Below are positions 47,000 to 56,628 of a DNA stretch of 64,000 bases, in pieces (the stretch's first letter is position 1; each line of letters starts with the position of its first letter). The position numbers were made by a program, and so were the translations under genes. Origin of the DNA: a virus; IMG/VR virus record IMGVR_UViG_3300032516_002690, positions 1 to 64,000 of that record; one strand, written 5' to 3'. Below the pieces are notes generated by a model, which was not told the origin of the DNA, ran no database searches, and was given only the letters and a program-made list of their open reading frames with translations.

Positions 47000-48280
47000 A
47001 TGGCTGATAAGAAAGATATCACGCAACCTTGGGAAAAGCTCGGTATTGGACCCACGGGCATGGGGCAGATACCAAAAATCCTCAACATTGTGTGGGCTAT
47101 GCAAAAGAAGCTCACCGTGTGCTTGGTTGGCGAAACAGGAATCGGTAAGACTCCGATCGTACACCAATGGTGTAAAGAAAAGGGCGGGTTTATGTATCCG
47201 CTCAATTTTGGACACATGTCGCAAGAGGAAGTGTCCATGATCATGTTCACTGAAAAGGGCGATACCTTCGACTTCGTACCGCCGCAGTGGATGCATGACC
47301 TCAATACACAGGCGGAGCAAAAGGGCTGCGCTGTGCTGTTTCTTGACGAGTGGAATCGCGGCGATAAGGCCATGGTTAACGCGCTATTCACGCTTACCGA
47401 TGAGCGTCGGGTACACAACTTTCAGTTACACCCCAATGTTTTGGTAGTTGCTGCGATGAATCCCAGCGATGGCAGCTACCTGGTCAATGAAGCTGAAAAG
47501 GACCATGCTATCCGCAAACGCCTGAATTTCGTGTACTGCGTGCACGACCTACAGGCATTCTTGGAGCATACAAAAGCTGCCGGCTGGCATCCGCTGGTAC
47601 CTGCGTTTATCAAGGCTGCGAGCACGTACCTCTACGACGTAGGCGCGCGTGATGCCGGCAAGGCCTTTGCCTGTCCTTCAAATTGGGAGAAGGTCTCGGG
47701 CATTATGAAGGCCGCCAAGAAGGCTGGCGTAGACTACGCCGACGGTGCTGTCTGCAGACTTGTCGAAGGCCAGATTGGTTCTCATGCAGCTGAGAAATTC
47801 ATGGAATTCGTACAGGACCAGAATACGCTTATCCAGCCGTCGGAAATACTGAACGAGTACACGTACGGCTCAGCGGTGCGTGGCCGTGTTGCGGCTATTC
47901 TCAATTGCGCCATTGACAAGGACACCAAGAAGTTCGTCGAGAAAGAGAACAAGCAAAAGACACGTGCCAGCGTTATTAGTGATGTCAGCAAGGGTGTGGC
48001 AATCGAATTGTTCAGCTTGAACCCGGAGCCTTCTGTTGTTGCTCCGCGACTCGCGTTGTTTATGCACGACCTACCCAATGAGCTGCTTCAGACACTCACA
48101 ACTAGCCTCGGTGAACAGTGCAGGGTTAAGGGTACAGACGGGGATAAATACCTCGGTCGCTTGTCCCAGAGTCTTGCAAAGATACCGGAATACAAGGGGA
48201 AGATGAAATTCATCATGGATACGATGCGCGAATACCGCGTCCGTGCAAACATGGTGACCGACGCAGACCCAATGGCTTGA
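47000..48280 (+). CDS. MoxR-like AAA+ ATPase
   Basis: GETGIGKT, VLFLDEWNR, AAMNP, DHAIRKRL. Confidence 0.88.
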   Translation: MADKKDITQPWEKLGIGPTGMGQIPKILNIVWAMQKKLTVCLVGETGIGKTPIVHQWCKEKGGFMYPLNFGHMSQEEVSMIMFTEKGDTFDFVPPQWMHDLNTQAEQKGCAVLFLDEWNRGDKAMVNALFTLTDERRVHNFQLHPNVLVVAAMNPSDGSYLVNEAEKDHAIRKRLNFVYCVHDLQAFLEHTKAAGWHPLVPAFIKAASTYLYDVGARDAGKAFACPSNWEKVSGIMKAAKKAGVDYADGAVCRLVEGQIGSHAAEKFMEFVQDQNTLIQPSEILNEYTYGSAVRGRVAAILNCAIDKDTKKFVEKENKQKTRASVISDVSKGVAIELFSLNPEPSVVAPRLALFMHDLPNELLQTLTTSLGEQCRVKGTDGDKYLGRLSQSLAKIPEYKGKMKFIMDTMREYRVRANMVTDADPMA

Positions 48281-48976
48281 TCAGCAGCTCTTGAAAGGCG
48301 CGATTTGTCGTTCGCGCATCTGAAGGCGTTTGTCAAAATAAATCTGCACAGCAGCTAGCCGTGCGAGCTGAACACCTTCGGTGGTTTCCGGGTAAGGCGC
48401 GTCTAGTAAGGCTTGTCCTCTAGGCGCGTCTGCCCATGCTTTGTGCATGGTGGCTGCTAATTCTTTAGCTCCCTTTGGCAGGAGCTTCGCTAGCTCTACT
48501 GAAGCCATTTCGAGCGTTGGCGGTGCAATAGCAAAGCCTTCGCGGTATAGCTGTACGGCTGTATAACTGATTGGCTCTCGGTCGAATTCCAATGTCTCTT
48601 TTTCATACTCTTGATGTATGAGATTAGCCTCAAATACAGCCCAATTGATGTAGACCACGGGCGCGTCCTCTACGCCCATGTACGTAGGTTCCTCGTTATT
48701 GAACGCGATGCACGTTGCTTCGAAAGCATTCGCGTCGTACCAAAAACGCCCTGTGGTGAGTAGAGAACGAGCGGCCATGATCTGCGAGCGATTGCCAATA
48801 GGCACGTCTACTTTTTGATGATTTAGCTCAATCCAGAGAGTCTGCGGTTCCCAGTTGAGCCAGTCGTTATCAAATAGGCAAAACATGGCTTTCATGCACG
48901 CACTCGCGCACGTCTCATCGAGCCGCAAAGCTTCGCGCGCTAATTTGTCGTGCTCACCCATTGGTGACGTAATCAC
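48281..48976 (-). CDS. Hypothetical (probable virion) protein
   Basis: 231-aa ORF coupled to 48954..49946. Confidence 0.6.
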   Translation of the reverse strand: MITSPMGEHDKLAREALRLDETCASACMKAMFCLFDNDWLNWEPQTLWIELNHQKVDVPIGNRSQIMAARSLLTTGRFWYDANAFEATCIAFNNEEPTYMGVEDAPVVYINWAVFEANLIHQEYEKETLEFDREPISYTAVQLYREGFAIAPPTLEMASVELAKLLPKGAKELAATMHKAWADAPRGQALLDAPYPETTEGVQLARLAAVQIYFDKRLQMRERQIAPFKSC

Positions 48977-49946
48977 GCAGTGAAGATTTCACATCAAGCG
49001 GCAGAGTCTCGAACACTTGCTTGAAGGACATAGGATCACCGGATTGCGCAACTTGCGCCAGCTCGGGTGCGTCTACCTGCTGCCATACTTCCTCGGGCAG
49101 CTGCATCAGCGCTGAGCAAGGCACTTGCACGCCGGCCACGTCGCACATATCTTCTGCTATCTTTTCCGTGTTGAACACGGTCTGCAGCGGGTCGGGAATC
49201 TTACGGTCGTAAAACTTCGTAAGTCCTGCGGTCTTATCGAGCTCTGCAATGACCACCGCAAGTTTTACCAGGTCACGACGATTGGTAATTACATTCGGCA
49301 TCTTGTGCGTAGCGTTGGCGAGCTTTTCGAAAGCTACTTTGTGCGTAGGTTCCGTAGTGGCATCTGCTCGCGCTTCAAGCCAATCACGGATCAACGCAGG
49401 ATTACTCACCGTAGCGCCGGCCATTTTCAACGAAAATGGCCGGAGAGTTACGTTATGTTTTTTTGCGGCTTCATATAACCGACTAAATGCATCAGCTCGC
49501 TTTTCGAGCGTAATCAAATCGTAATCACGGTGTAGTACTTCTTCAGCTACCTTGATTTGTGCAGCACTGTCTAAGGGCAGACGCCTGCTCTCGGGCAACG
49601 CGTATGTAGTCTCTACCGCACTCGCGCATTTCATAGGCGAGAAGACTGACTCCTCGATACTGTACACGGTGCGCGCTGTTTCCAGCTTAGCGTCCACGTG
49701 CCTAGGTACAAAAGATCCGACCTTACTGCGGTAAAAGATACTAGCAATACAATCCTCACGTGTATGTATTGGGAAGCGTCTTTCGTCTTCCCACGCGAAA
49801 GCAGTGCTCGGCAAATTGTCGGACGCGACTTTCGCGGTATCAAATGACGCTGTTTTTAGCATTTCGCGAGCAAGGGGGAAATCACGCGTAAGCACATGCA
49901 AGTGTGCGTAGACCGGATCACCATTGTACTGGTCGATAATCGTCAT
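48954..49946 (-). CDS. Probable head protein (K-x-A rich)
   Basis: About nine K-x-A motifs; internal repeat FAWEDERRFPI / YALPESRRLPL; TATAAT 6 nt before the ATG. Confidence 0.55.
   Translation of the reverse strand: MTIIDQYNGDPVYAHLHVLTRDFPLAREMLKTASFDTAKVASDNLPSTAFAWEDERRFPIHTREDCIASIFYRSKVGSFVPRHVDAKLETARTVYSIEESVFSPMKCASAVETTYALPESRRLPLDSAAQIKVAEEVLHRDYDLITLEKRADAFSRLYEAAKKHNVTLRPFSLKMAGATVSNPALIRDWLEARADATTEPTHKVAFEKLANATHKMPNVITNRRDLVKLAVVIAELDKTAGLTKFYDRKIPDPLQTVFNTEKIAEDMCDVAGVQVPCSALMQLPEEVWQQVDAPELAQVAQSGDPMSFKQVFETLPLDVKSSLRDYVTNG
49730..49743 (+). promoter_or_regulatory. Candidate phage promoter motif GGTAMAAG-N4-TA (copy 4), upstream of the VWA-RT operon
   Basis: ggtaaaag-atac-ta about 230 nt before the ATG at 49973; lies inside an antisense gene, so weaker than the other copies. 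Confidence 0.35.
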
Positions 49947-49972
49947 GGCTGGATTATAGCAGGAGGCGCGGG

Positions 49973-51718
49973 ATGGGAACAGGTGTAGAAAATGCTATGT
50001 TACATAAAAAACTGACCGTAGATGAGGCCATAGCTAAAGGACGTGACACCGTAGCGGATGCACTCACGTACTTGACGAGTAACCAAGTCAAGAATTTCTA
50101 CGCACGTGTCATCAATTTGATGGACCGCTACGCTATTCCCGGCATGGGTACCATGGGTGTCAGCGTACAGCGTGGACGCTATATATTTATCTACGATCCG
50201 ATTTTCGCAGCTACGGTGTCCTACGAGGAAGTCTGCGCGACTTGTGAGCACGAGGTTCTGCACTTAGTGCTGGAGCAGATTCCTAGGTCTCTGACGCTGC
50301 GTAAGATTTTCGCCTCAGACGATGACGTAGCGTTGTTTGACATCACCAGTAATCTGGCAGTCGATCTAGCTGCGAATGAGCTGCTAGCCCGCTCGTGGCC
50401 CAAGATAAAACACAAAGACAAGCCGCTTGGTGAGTGGGTCACGCCTGATAAGTATGACCCGCCGTTACCCGCTGACTTGTCCTACGAGAATTATCATCGA
50501 TTACTCATGGAACTCTTGAGTAAGCGTCTTACTGCCTCGCCAAAGCAGTTGTATAAACTGGCGAAACAGATACTAAAAGACAAAAACGATAAAGTACAAA
50601 GCACCATCAATAAACCGAATGAAGCAGATCCGTCGAAAGATGATGAGCAGGGCGGCGGTGAAGGCGAGAGTGACAAGCCAGGGCCGGAAGACGGTGAGGG
50701 CGAAGGTCAAGGCGACGGGCCCGGCGAAGGCCAAGATGGATCTGGGCAAGGGTCCGGGGACGGGCAGGGTTCGCCGCAAGGTTCGGGCAAGGGCCAAGGA
50801 CAGAGCCAAGCGCCAGAACCAAACATGACCCCCGAGGAACTCGCGAAAGAAATCGGTGACCTCGACCCGGTAGACCATAAAATACTGGAAATGCTAGTCA
50901 ACTCCATGAAAAGTCATATGGGGTGGAATGCGGCAAATCCCGATGAGAGCGATACGCATAAGGCGCAGGAACACGGCAAAGAACTAATTAAGTCTGCTAT
51001 TTCGGGTATGGACCAGAAGTCCCGCGGGACTATTCCGGGACATATGATGGAACTTATCCGTAGGATGCTGACACCGCCGTCTATTTCGTGGACGGAGTTC
51101 TTGCATAATATCGTCCAGCGTACGCGGCAAACAAAGCGTATGCGTGGCATGTCCCGCCCGTCTAAGAAACTCTCTGCTCTGAAGATATACGCGCGAAAGA
51201 AGCTCGAAGAAGACAAAGACGAACGCTTTTTACGCTACGCCAAGATCAGACAGATGTCTGTATTTCCAGGCATTAAACAAGACAATAAATTCACGATTGT
51301 ATACGCTGTGGATACCTCGGGTTCCATGAGCACTAAAGATCTGCAGTTAGGTTTAGCAGAGCTGCAGCACATACAGAAATCAGATTCAGACGTGTCCATC
51401 TGCGTGATTTACGCAGATACGCATATCTGTACTGAGTATTGGATTGACGCAACTGCCCAGATTGATCCTAATCTGACTGGACGGGGTGGCACAGACTTCG
51501 AGGCTGTGTTTGTTCACGTACAGAAATTACTCGGTAACCAAGACAAAGCGCCTGACGTGCTGGTGTACTGCACCGACGGTTACGCTCCACCGCCTACTAC
51601 GCGCTTGCCCCTGCCTACCGTATGGTTGCTCACCCCGAGGGGACAGCCTGTGATGGCTGATAGTGGACACATCACGATCATGATGAAGGACTATCAACTA
51701 GAGGATTCGTATGTCTAA
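49973..51718 (+). CDS. DUF2201-like HExxH metallopeptidase domain plus VWA domain (MoxR partner)
   Basis: AGGAGG RBS; HEVLH, N.A.D...N; G/E/D/Q-rich linker; MIDAS DTSGS, GGTDF, TDG. Confidence 0.88.
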   Translation: MGTGVENAMLHKKLTVDEAIAKGRDTVADALTYLTSNQVKNFYARVINLMDRYAIPGMGTMGVSVQRGRYIFIYDPIFAATVSYEEVCATCEHEVLHLVLEQIPRSLTLRKIFASDDDVALFDITSNLAVDLAANELLARSWPKIKHKDKPLGEWVTPDKYDPPLPADLSYENYHRLLMELLSKRLTASPKQLYKLAKQILKDKNDKVQSTINKPNEADPSKDDEQGGGEGESDKPGPEDGEGEGQGDGPGEGQDGSGQGSGDGQGSPQGSGKGQGQSQAPEPNMTPEELAKEIGDLDPVDHKILEMLVNSMKSHMGWNAANPDESDTHKAQEHGKELIKSAISGMDQKSRGTIPGHMMELIRRMLTPPSISWTEFLHNIVQRTRQTKRMRGMSRPSKKLSALKIYARKKLEEDKDERFLRYAKIRQMSVFPGIKQDNKFTIVYAVDTSGSMSTKDLQLGLAELQHIQKSDSDVSICVIYADTHICTEYWIDATAQIDPNLTGRGGTDFEAVFVHVQKLLGNQDKAPDVLVYCTDGYAPPPTTRLPLPTVWLLTPRGQPVMADSGHITIMMKDYQLEDSYV

Positions 51719-52364
51719 TGTCATAGACATTCACATTCAGCGCAACGTTGTCGGTACCGTAATACCCTTCGACAAGTTGTATCTCTTCGATAGGGCGGAT
51801 CGAGAGCTGATACCGAAGATATTCGGGTACGCAATCGTCTTGCCGTTTTCGGATGACATGCGCGATACACTCTACAAACTAAAGGTCGCGGAAGTAACGC
51901 ATAAGCGTTTCCAACGGGATGACTCATCTAAAAAGATAGAGCCGCTGCTGGATGGCGAGAGCTTAGACAAGAAACCTAGCATTCTTGCCTGGTGGGAAGC
52001 TTTTGCTGTACAGCATGATTTACTAAATCGCGTAGCTGTGGTGCCTGTATTGACTTCAGTTGCACGCAAGAAAATACGACCGCGTTACATCGCGTCGCAC
52101 AAATGGTTTACGGACCAACAAAAGAATGCCAAGCGTACGCGTCCTTTACCTGTGGTTCCTGCGGTCAGCGAAATGGGATATCTCGCAACACCCCTCGCTG
52201 CGCCACAGGATAAAATCCGTCCTATTTGTTCTATATGCCCGCGAATGCTTATGCACCTTCAGGGTGAGTGCGTACCGGGGCAAGCTGTTTGCTATAAATC
52301 GCTAGACTTTTCTGAGATCGAGGAAACGCCAGCAGATGTCAGCTTACAGCAAGACAACGATTAA
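51711..52364 (+). CDS. Hypothetical protein with C-terminal Cys cluster
   Basis: GAGG RBS; overlaps both VWA and RT; CSICP......GEC......C. Confidence 0.65.
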   Translation: MSNVIDIHIQRNVVGTVIPFDKLYLFDRADRELIPKIFGYAIVLPFSDDMRDTLYKLKVAEVTHKRFQRDDSSKKIEPLLDGESLDKKPSILAWWEAFAVQHDLLNRVAVVPVLTSVARKKIRPRYIASHKWFTDQQKNAKRTRPLPVVPAVSEMGYLATPLAAPQDKIRPICSICPRMLMHLQGECVPGQAVCYKSLDFSEIEETPADVSLQQDND

Positions 52365-53385
52365 CATCATCGAGCTGCCGCATGTGTCTAAAATACCGGA
52401 GGGGGTCCCTCCGGTGTTCGATACCATGTCGTTGGCGCATTCGTTGGGTATTCGAAACCGTACGCTGATGGGGCTCATCGTACGCCGGGCGAAGCTGTAC
52501 AAGAAGTTTGTTATACCGAAGAAGTCGGGCGGTAAGCGAGTTATCCACTCACCTGATCCGAAACTCAAATATGTACAGGCGCGTGTGCTCGAACGCTTCT
52601 TTACCAAGATAAAGTATCCAGAGCATATTGCTGCGTACGTGCCAGAACGTACTACGCGTTATAGTGCTGAAAAGCACGCGGGAAAGCCTTTGCTAATCGT
52701 TATCGATTTAAAGGACTTTTTCCCAAGTACTCGGCGTGCATGGATTCGACGCGCCCTACAAGCGGAGTTCAATCTACCTTTTGAGGTAGTGAGCGCTATT
52801 GCAGATATTGCTACTATTCCTGTCGATACGCTGACAGGCACACGTTACGTAGTTCCCCAAGGGGCGCCAACCAGCGGTGCTATTTGCAATTGGGTAGCTC
52901 ACCATCGTATCGATAAGCCTGTGCTCGAAGAGTGCGCTAAGTGGAATATGGCATATACCCGATATGCTGATGACCTAGCTTTTTCATCGAACGTACAATT
53001 AACACGCGACGACACCAACAAGTTTATTCGCGCAATCTGTAAGATCATAAAGAAGTCGGGCTACGAAGTTAATCGTAAGAAGCTCCGTGTAACACGTCCA
53101 GGACGACAGCAGCGTTTGTTGGGTATGACGATCAACGCAAAGCCCAATATTATTCGTCTACATTACCGTAAATTACGCGCACGTATTCACAACTGCAAGA
53201 TAAAGGGCTTTGACGCTGTAGCTCACGAAATGCGCATGGAGTCTGGCGAGCAGCTAAAGTCGCAAATCATGGGTAAAATTTCATACTACCACATGATCAA
53301 CCCCGTGAAGGCTGCGAAGCTCAAGCAGCAATTCCAAGCAGCTGAAGGGCTTCCGCAACATGGCACGCTACTACACACTGTGTGA
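52336..53385 (+). CDS. Retron-type reverse transcriptase
   Basis: Y..F.IPKKSGGKRVI.SP...LK..Q, SAEKH (NAxxH-like region X), DLKDFFPS, PQGAPTSG, YTRYADDL.FS, N..K, RQQRLLGMTIN (VTG-like region Y); 349 aa with no maturase or endonuclease tail. Confidence 0.9.
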   Translation: MSAYSKTTINIIELPHVSKIPEGVPPVFDTMSLAHSLGIRNRTLMGLIVRRAKLYKKFVIPKKSGGKRVIHSPDPKLKYVQARVLERFFTKIKYPEHIAAYVPERTTRYSAEKHAGKPLLIVIDLKDFFPSTRRAWIRRALQAEFNLPFEVVSAIADIATIPVDTLTGTRYVVPQGAPTSGAICNWVAHHRIDKPVLEECAKWNMAYTRYADDLAFSSNVQLTRDDTNKFIRAICKIIKKSGYEVNRKKLRVTRPGRQQRLLGMTINAKPNIIRLHYRKLRARIHNCKIKGFDAVAHEMRMESGEQLKSQIMGKISYYHMINPVKAAKLKQQFQAAEGLPQHGTLLHTV

Positions 53386-54817
53386 AACGACTCCTGGTAA
53401 GGAAGCCGGCAAGTCAGGCGGTCAACGTCGATACTTACGTGTGTACTATGCGTCGGAAGGCTTCCTCTTCCACGATACAGAAGATTCGCTGACGTTTACA
53501 GATATACAAAAAGCGCTCTGGATGTTGTCAGACCTTTACGAGGATGCGCAACGTGTCATAGCTATTTGCGTCGATGATAACACTATCATGGCGACATTCA
53601 GTACGTACGCACTACCTAGACCAACACGCCCCGGATTCAATCTCTACAGCAGCGTAAAGCCGGACGAGTACTTAGAAAGTAGCGGGTTAGCCGGTTGGTT
53701 GTTACGTGACATAAAAAACCCCGCGTCTGAGCCGATTCCCGTAGACTATAACGATCTGTACAATGATTGCATTATGCTTGAACGCGTTACGGATAATTGC
53801 CCGTGCGTAAAACAAGCCGAAGGTACGTGTTTTCCGAGTACAGTATACCTGCGATATCCGTGGTTAGCCGCTAACACTACGAATTACAGCGCTACAGAAG
53901 TAAGTAAGTTCCATACTAAACGCTATGAAAACGTAGGGGGTTTCGAATACATATCAGGGCAGCTCGCAACCAGCGCAGACTTTAGCGAGGCGATACGCCC
54001 TTGGGATAACTACGACTTCCGTTTGGTACCAAAACGTGAAACGCAATTCGCCGAACGCGGGCAGGAACTATCGCATCGTTCCACCCACCGCAAGGTTGAA
54101 TGCTCGCAATGCACGTTTGCCACCAAGAAACACGGTGGCGGTTACGAAGACTGTGGTCGCATTAAAGACTGTCGTACACATACAACCGAAGAACAAGCGT
54201 GGGTTACGCTTTTCGATTGGTTGAAAACAGATACCGATTTTGTTACAGGAACGCCTGGGTTTTCGCCGGGCGAAATAAATTACCTGATCAAAGAAGCGGG
54301 GCGTGCAGAGCACAGTAAATCGATTAGCGATACTCGAAAGGTACCGACTTACCTAGCGGGCTTTCATTCCGGCTACTCGACCGAATACATGCAATACATG
54401 GTGACTGCAGCCCGCGGACATTTGTCACGGCACAAGTACTACGTCAGCTACAAAGACCTTCGGATGGATTATCCGATGTTACTTGCAAGTGCAGATATAC
54501 CACCAATAACCGTCGAACCAAAGATGCTACTGGCGCACGCTATTTACTCAGGGTGGCCGTATATCCGCGGCGAATCGGGCGGTTGGGGTCACCGCAATCA
54601 TCCCTTTTGGCGGATGGAATTGCAGCACGGTACGATGTCAACGTATGGCCATACCTCGAATGGGTATTTCCACGGCCCGTCGTTAAGCGTGGCTTCGCAT
54701 GTATCTGATTACATACAGGCGAAGTGGCCCGGACAGCAAAACGATATATGCAACAAATACATAAGCGCCGTTAGGCGCCAGGCACAAAGTCAGGGCACAC
54801 TGCCAATACTAGCGTGA
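53360..54817 (+). CDS. Hypothetical Cys-cluster protein coupled to the RT
   Basis: Overlaps the RT stop by 26 nt; CPC......C and CSQC...C....C motifs. Confidence 0.65.
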   Translation: MARYYTLCETTPGKEAGKSGGQRRYLRVYYASEGFLFHDTEDSLTFTDIQKALWMLSDLYEDAQRVIAICVDDNTIMATFSTYALPRPTRPGFNLYSSVKPDEYLESSGLAGWLLRDIKNPASEPIPVDYNDLYNDCIMLERVTDNCPCVKQAEGTCFPSTVYLRYPWLAANTTNYSATEVSKFHTKRYENVGGFEYISGQLATSADFSEAIRPWDNYDFRLVPKRETQFAERGQELSHRSTHRKVECSQCTFATKKHGGGYEDCGRIKDCRTHTTEEQAWVTLFDWLKTDTDFVTGTPGFSPGEINYLIKEAGRAEHSKSISDTRKVPTYLAGFHSGYSTEYMQYMVTAARGHLSRHKYYVSYKDLRMDYPMLLASADIPPITVEPKMLLAHAIYSGWPYIRGESGGWGHRNHPFWRMELQHGTMSTYGHTSNGYFHGPSLSVASHVSDYIQAKWPGQQNDICNKYISAVRRQAQSQGTLPILA

Positions 54818-55757
54818 GCGCCGCAGCTCGCGCAGCTTGTGCCTGCGTAACTGCCGCCTGAAGAGAAGCATCTTCAGCGCGGCAATTATTTAGGTCAACG
54901 AATAGCGCATTCTTCGCCTGTGTTAGCGTAGTTACGCGTAGTTGCAAAGTTGTTACCATTGTACTGATGGTGCCGGACGATAGCGTAGCGAGGGCCGTAT
55001 TCTGTACGTTGAACTGCGCTAAGTATGCATCATTGGATGTGAAATAAACTTCTAGCGCGTCCTTTTCAGCATCTGTAGCAGAAGTTATCTGATTCAACGC
55101 GCGGGCATTGCTGTTGTTGGCGTTGAGGGTACCGTAAACAGTGGTGTAAATACTGTTCGCGGTTGAAATACCCGCTTGAACAGTTAGTGCGTTTGTGAGA
55201 TCTGATTGAGCCAGCTGTAGGCTTGTCTCGGTCGTAGCAATATTTGTTTCAATAGATGTGCAGCTATGCGCGTCGCGTGCAGTAGTAGCTGTAGCTAGTG
55301 CCGTGTTAGTTGCGTAAAACGCGTCTTTGAGACCTTGTTTTGCGGACTCGTCGACCGTCGGATAGATGATAATATCACCTCCTTCGAAAGTCTCGTACTC
55401 CGTCAAAAACGCGTCGTAGTTTGCAGTCAGCGCATTAATGCGACTGGACAGTTCTTTCCAAGCCGCGTTGGCCGTTTCAATATCGTCGTACGTGAGCGTC
55501 GTACTACTCGCACGCCAGAGTTCATCGCTATTTACAATCGCGGTGTCCCGATTCGTGACATAGGTCAGCGAATCCGCGATCTCCACAACACGATTAAATG
55601 TGTCATCTTTTGGATCATCTGGCGTGACTATATTCAGCAAAAATATAGCGGTATCCTGCAGGGTGCCTGCGACAGTACACGTCGTTTTAATCGTATATTG
55701 TGCTGTGCCGGATACGACAACAGCTTTGCGTTCCATGACTACTTGCGTACCCGACAT
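54771..55757 (-). CDS. Thr/Ala-rich coiled-coil protein, probably virion-associated
   Basis: Composition, minus strand, TACAAT upstream. Confidence 0.5.
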   Translation of the reverse strand: MSGTQVVMERKAVVVSGTAQYTIKTTCTVAGTLQDTAIFLLNIVTPDDPKDDTFNRVVEIADSLTYVTNRDTAIVNSDELWRASSTTLTYDDIETANAAWKELSSRINALTANYDAFLTEYETFEGGDIIIYPTVDESAKQGLKDAFYATNTALATATTARDAHSCTSIETNIATTETSLQLAQSDLTNALTVQAGISTANSIYTTVYGTLNANNSNARALNQITSATDAEKDALEVYFTSNDAYLAQFNVQNTALATLSSGTISTMVTTLQLRVTTLTQAKNALFVDLNNCRAEDASLQAAVTQAQAARAAALTLVLAVCPDFVPGA

Positions 55758-55788
55758 GATTTACTCGCGGTGATTATTGTACGTGTAC

Positions 55789-56605
55789 TTAGACTAGTAG
55801 TTTTGTCTTAACAGGCAGCTCGATATCATCGGAGTCCTGCATCAGTACGTCTACCACTTCCGGCGTCCACTTCAATTGCACGCCTTTGTGATCGCTATGC
55901 TCAGCTTGATACGCCACGGCACCTGCATAGGCTTTCCCGTCCTCGGTAGGCTCCCACTTCTTGCCGGCCTTTTTTCTGCAGTCCGCGGGATTCAAGCATT
56001 TTGTTTACTAGAGCCGGTTTGACGCCGCCTAGCTTCTGCCCGATCTCTGTTGGGGTTAGAGATGGCGCCTTGTCCCAGTCGACGGATATTAAGTTGCGCA
56101 TCTCTTCGTGTCCGACCTTAGGCATCAGGCCGCAAGCAGCGAGTGCGCGCATGGTGCACGCAGCTGCCATTTCCGGGCGCGTGGTCGGAATGATTTTAAG
56201 GATGAAAGCGGCGGTCTCTAAGATTGTCGCCCGCACTTCAGCGTCTTTGCTCAGCATCATCGGCTGCGGCGCAGGTTCGCGCGAATAACTGCCGGTCTTG
56301 CGGATGGACGGCAGGACTTCACCGGCTAACCATTCTTGGAATGGGAACGCTTTGGGTTTGTCACTACGCATGACGTAGAAGTTTAGACCTGACTCAGATA
56401 GAGCAACTATTGACTGATTCCCGCCGGGGGTGATAACGGATCTCTCCCCTTTCCAACGCGCGGGTACATGTTCGACCGCTGTGCTACACCACACGCTGCC
56501 AAGTGCGGCTACGACATCCTTAGCCACAAACCAAGGCTCTCCCTTCTCATCCATCGAAACTCGAACCTGCGTACCTTCGAAATTGAACACCGTGATAGCT
56601 GACAT
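55789..56605 (-). pseudogene. BRO-N family antirepressor-like gene, frameshifted at an A6 run
   Basis: BRO-N motifs (F.F.G..VR....GEPWFVAKDV, SESGL...MRSDKP.A..FQ.W...VLPSIRKTGSY); C-terminus WEPTEDGKAY...QLKW lies in another frame (55789..55995). Confidence 0.65.
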
Positions 56606-56628
56606 TGCGATGATTTCCTTAACTGAAC

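Noticed and set aside
52336-53385. RT as part of a diversity-generating retroelement or group II intron
   Set aside because: It has QGAPTS rather than the DGR-type G..TSQ motif; I found no adenine-specific TR/VR repeat pair or Avd-like gene by eye; there is no maturase/endonuclease tail and no flanking non-coding space for intron RNA
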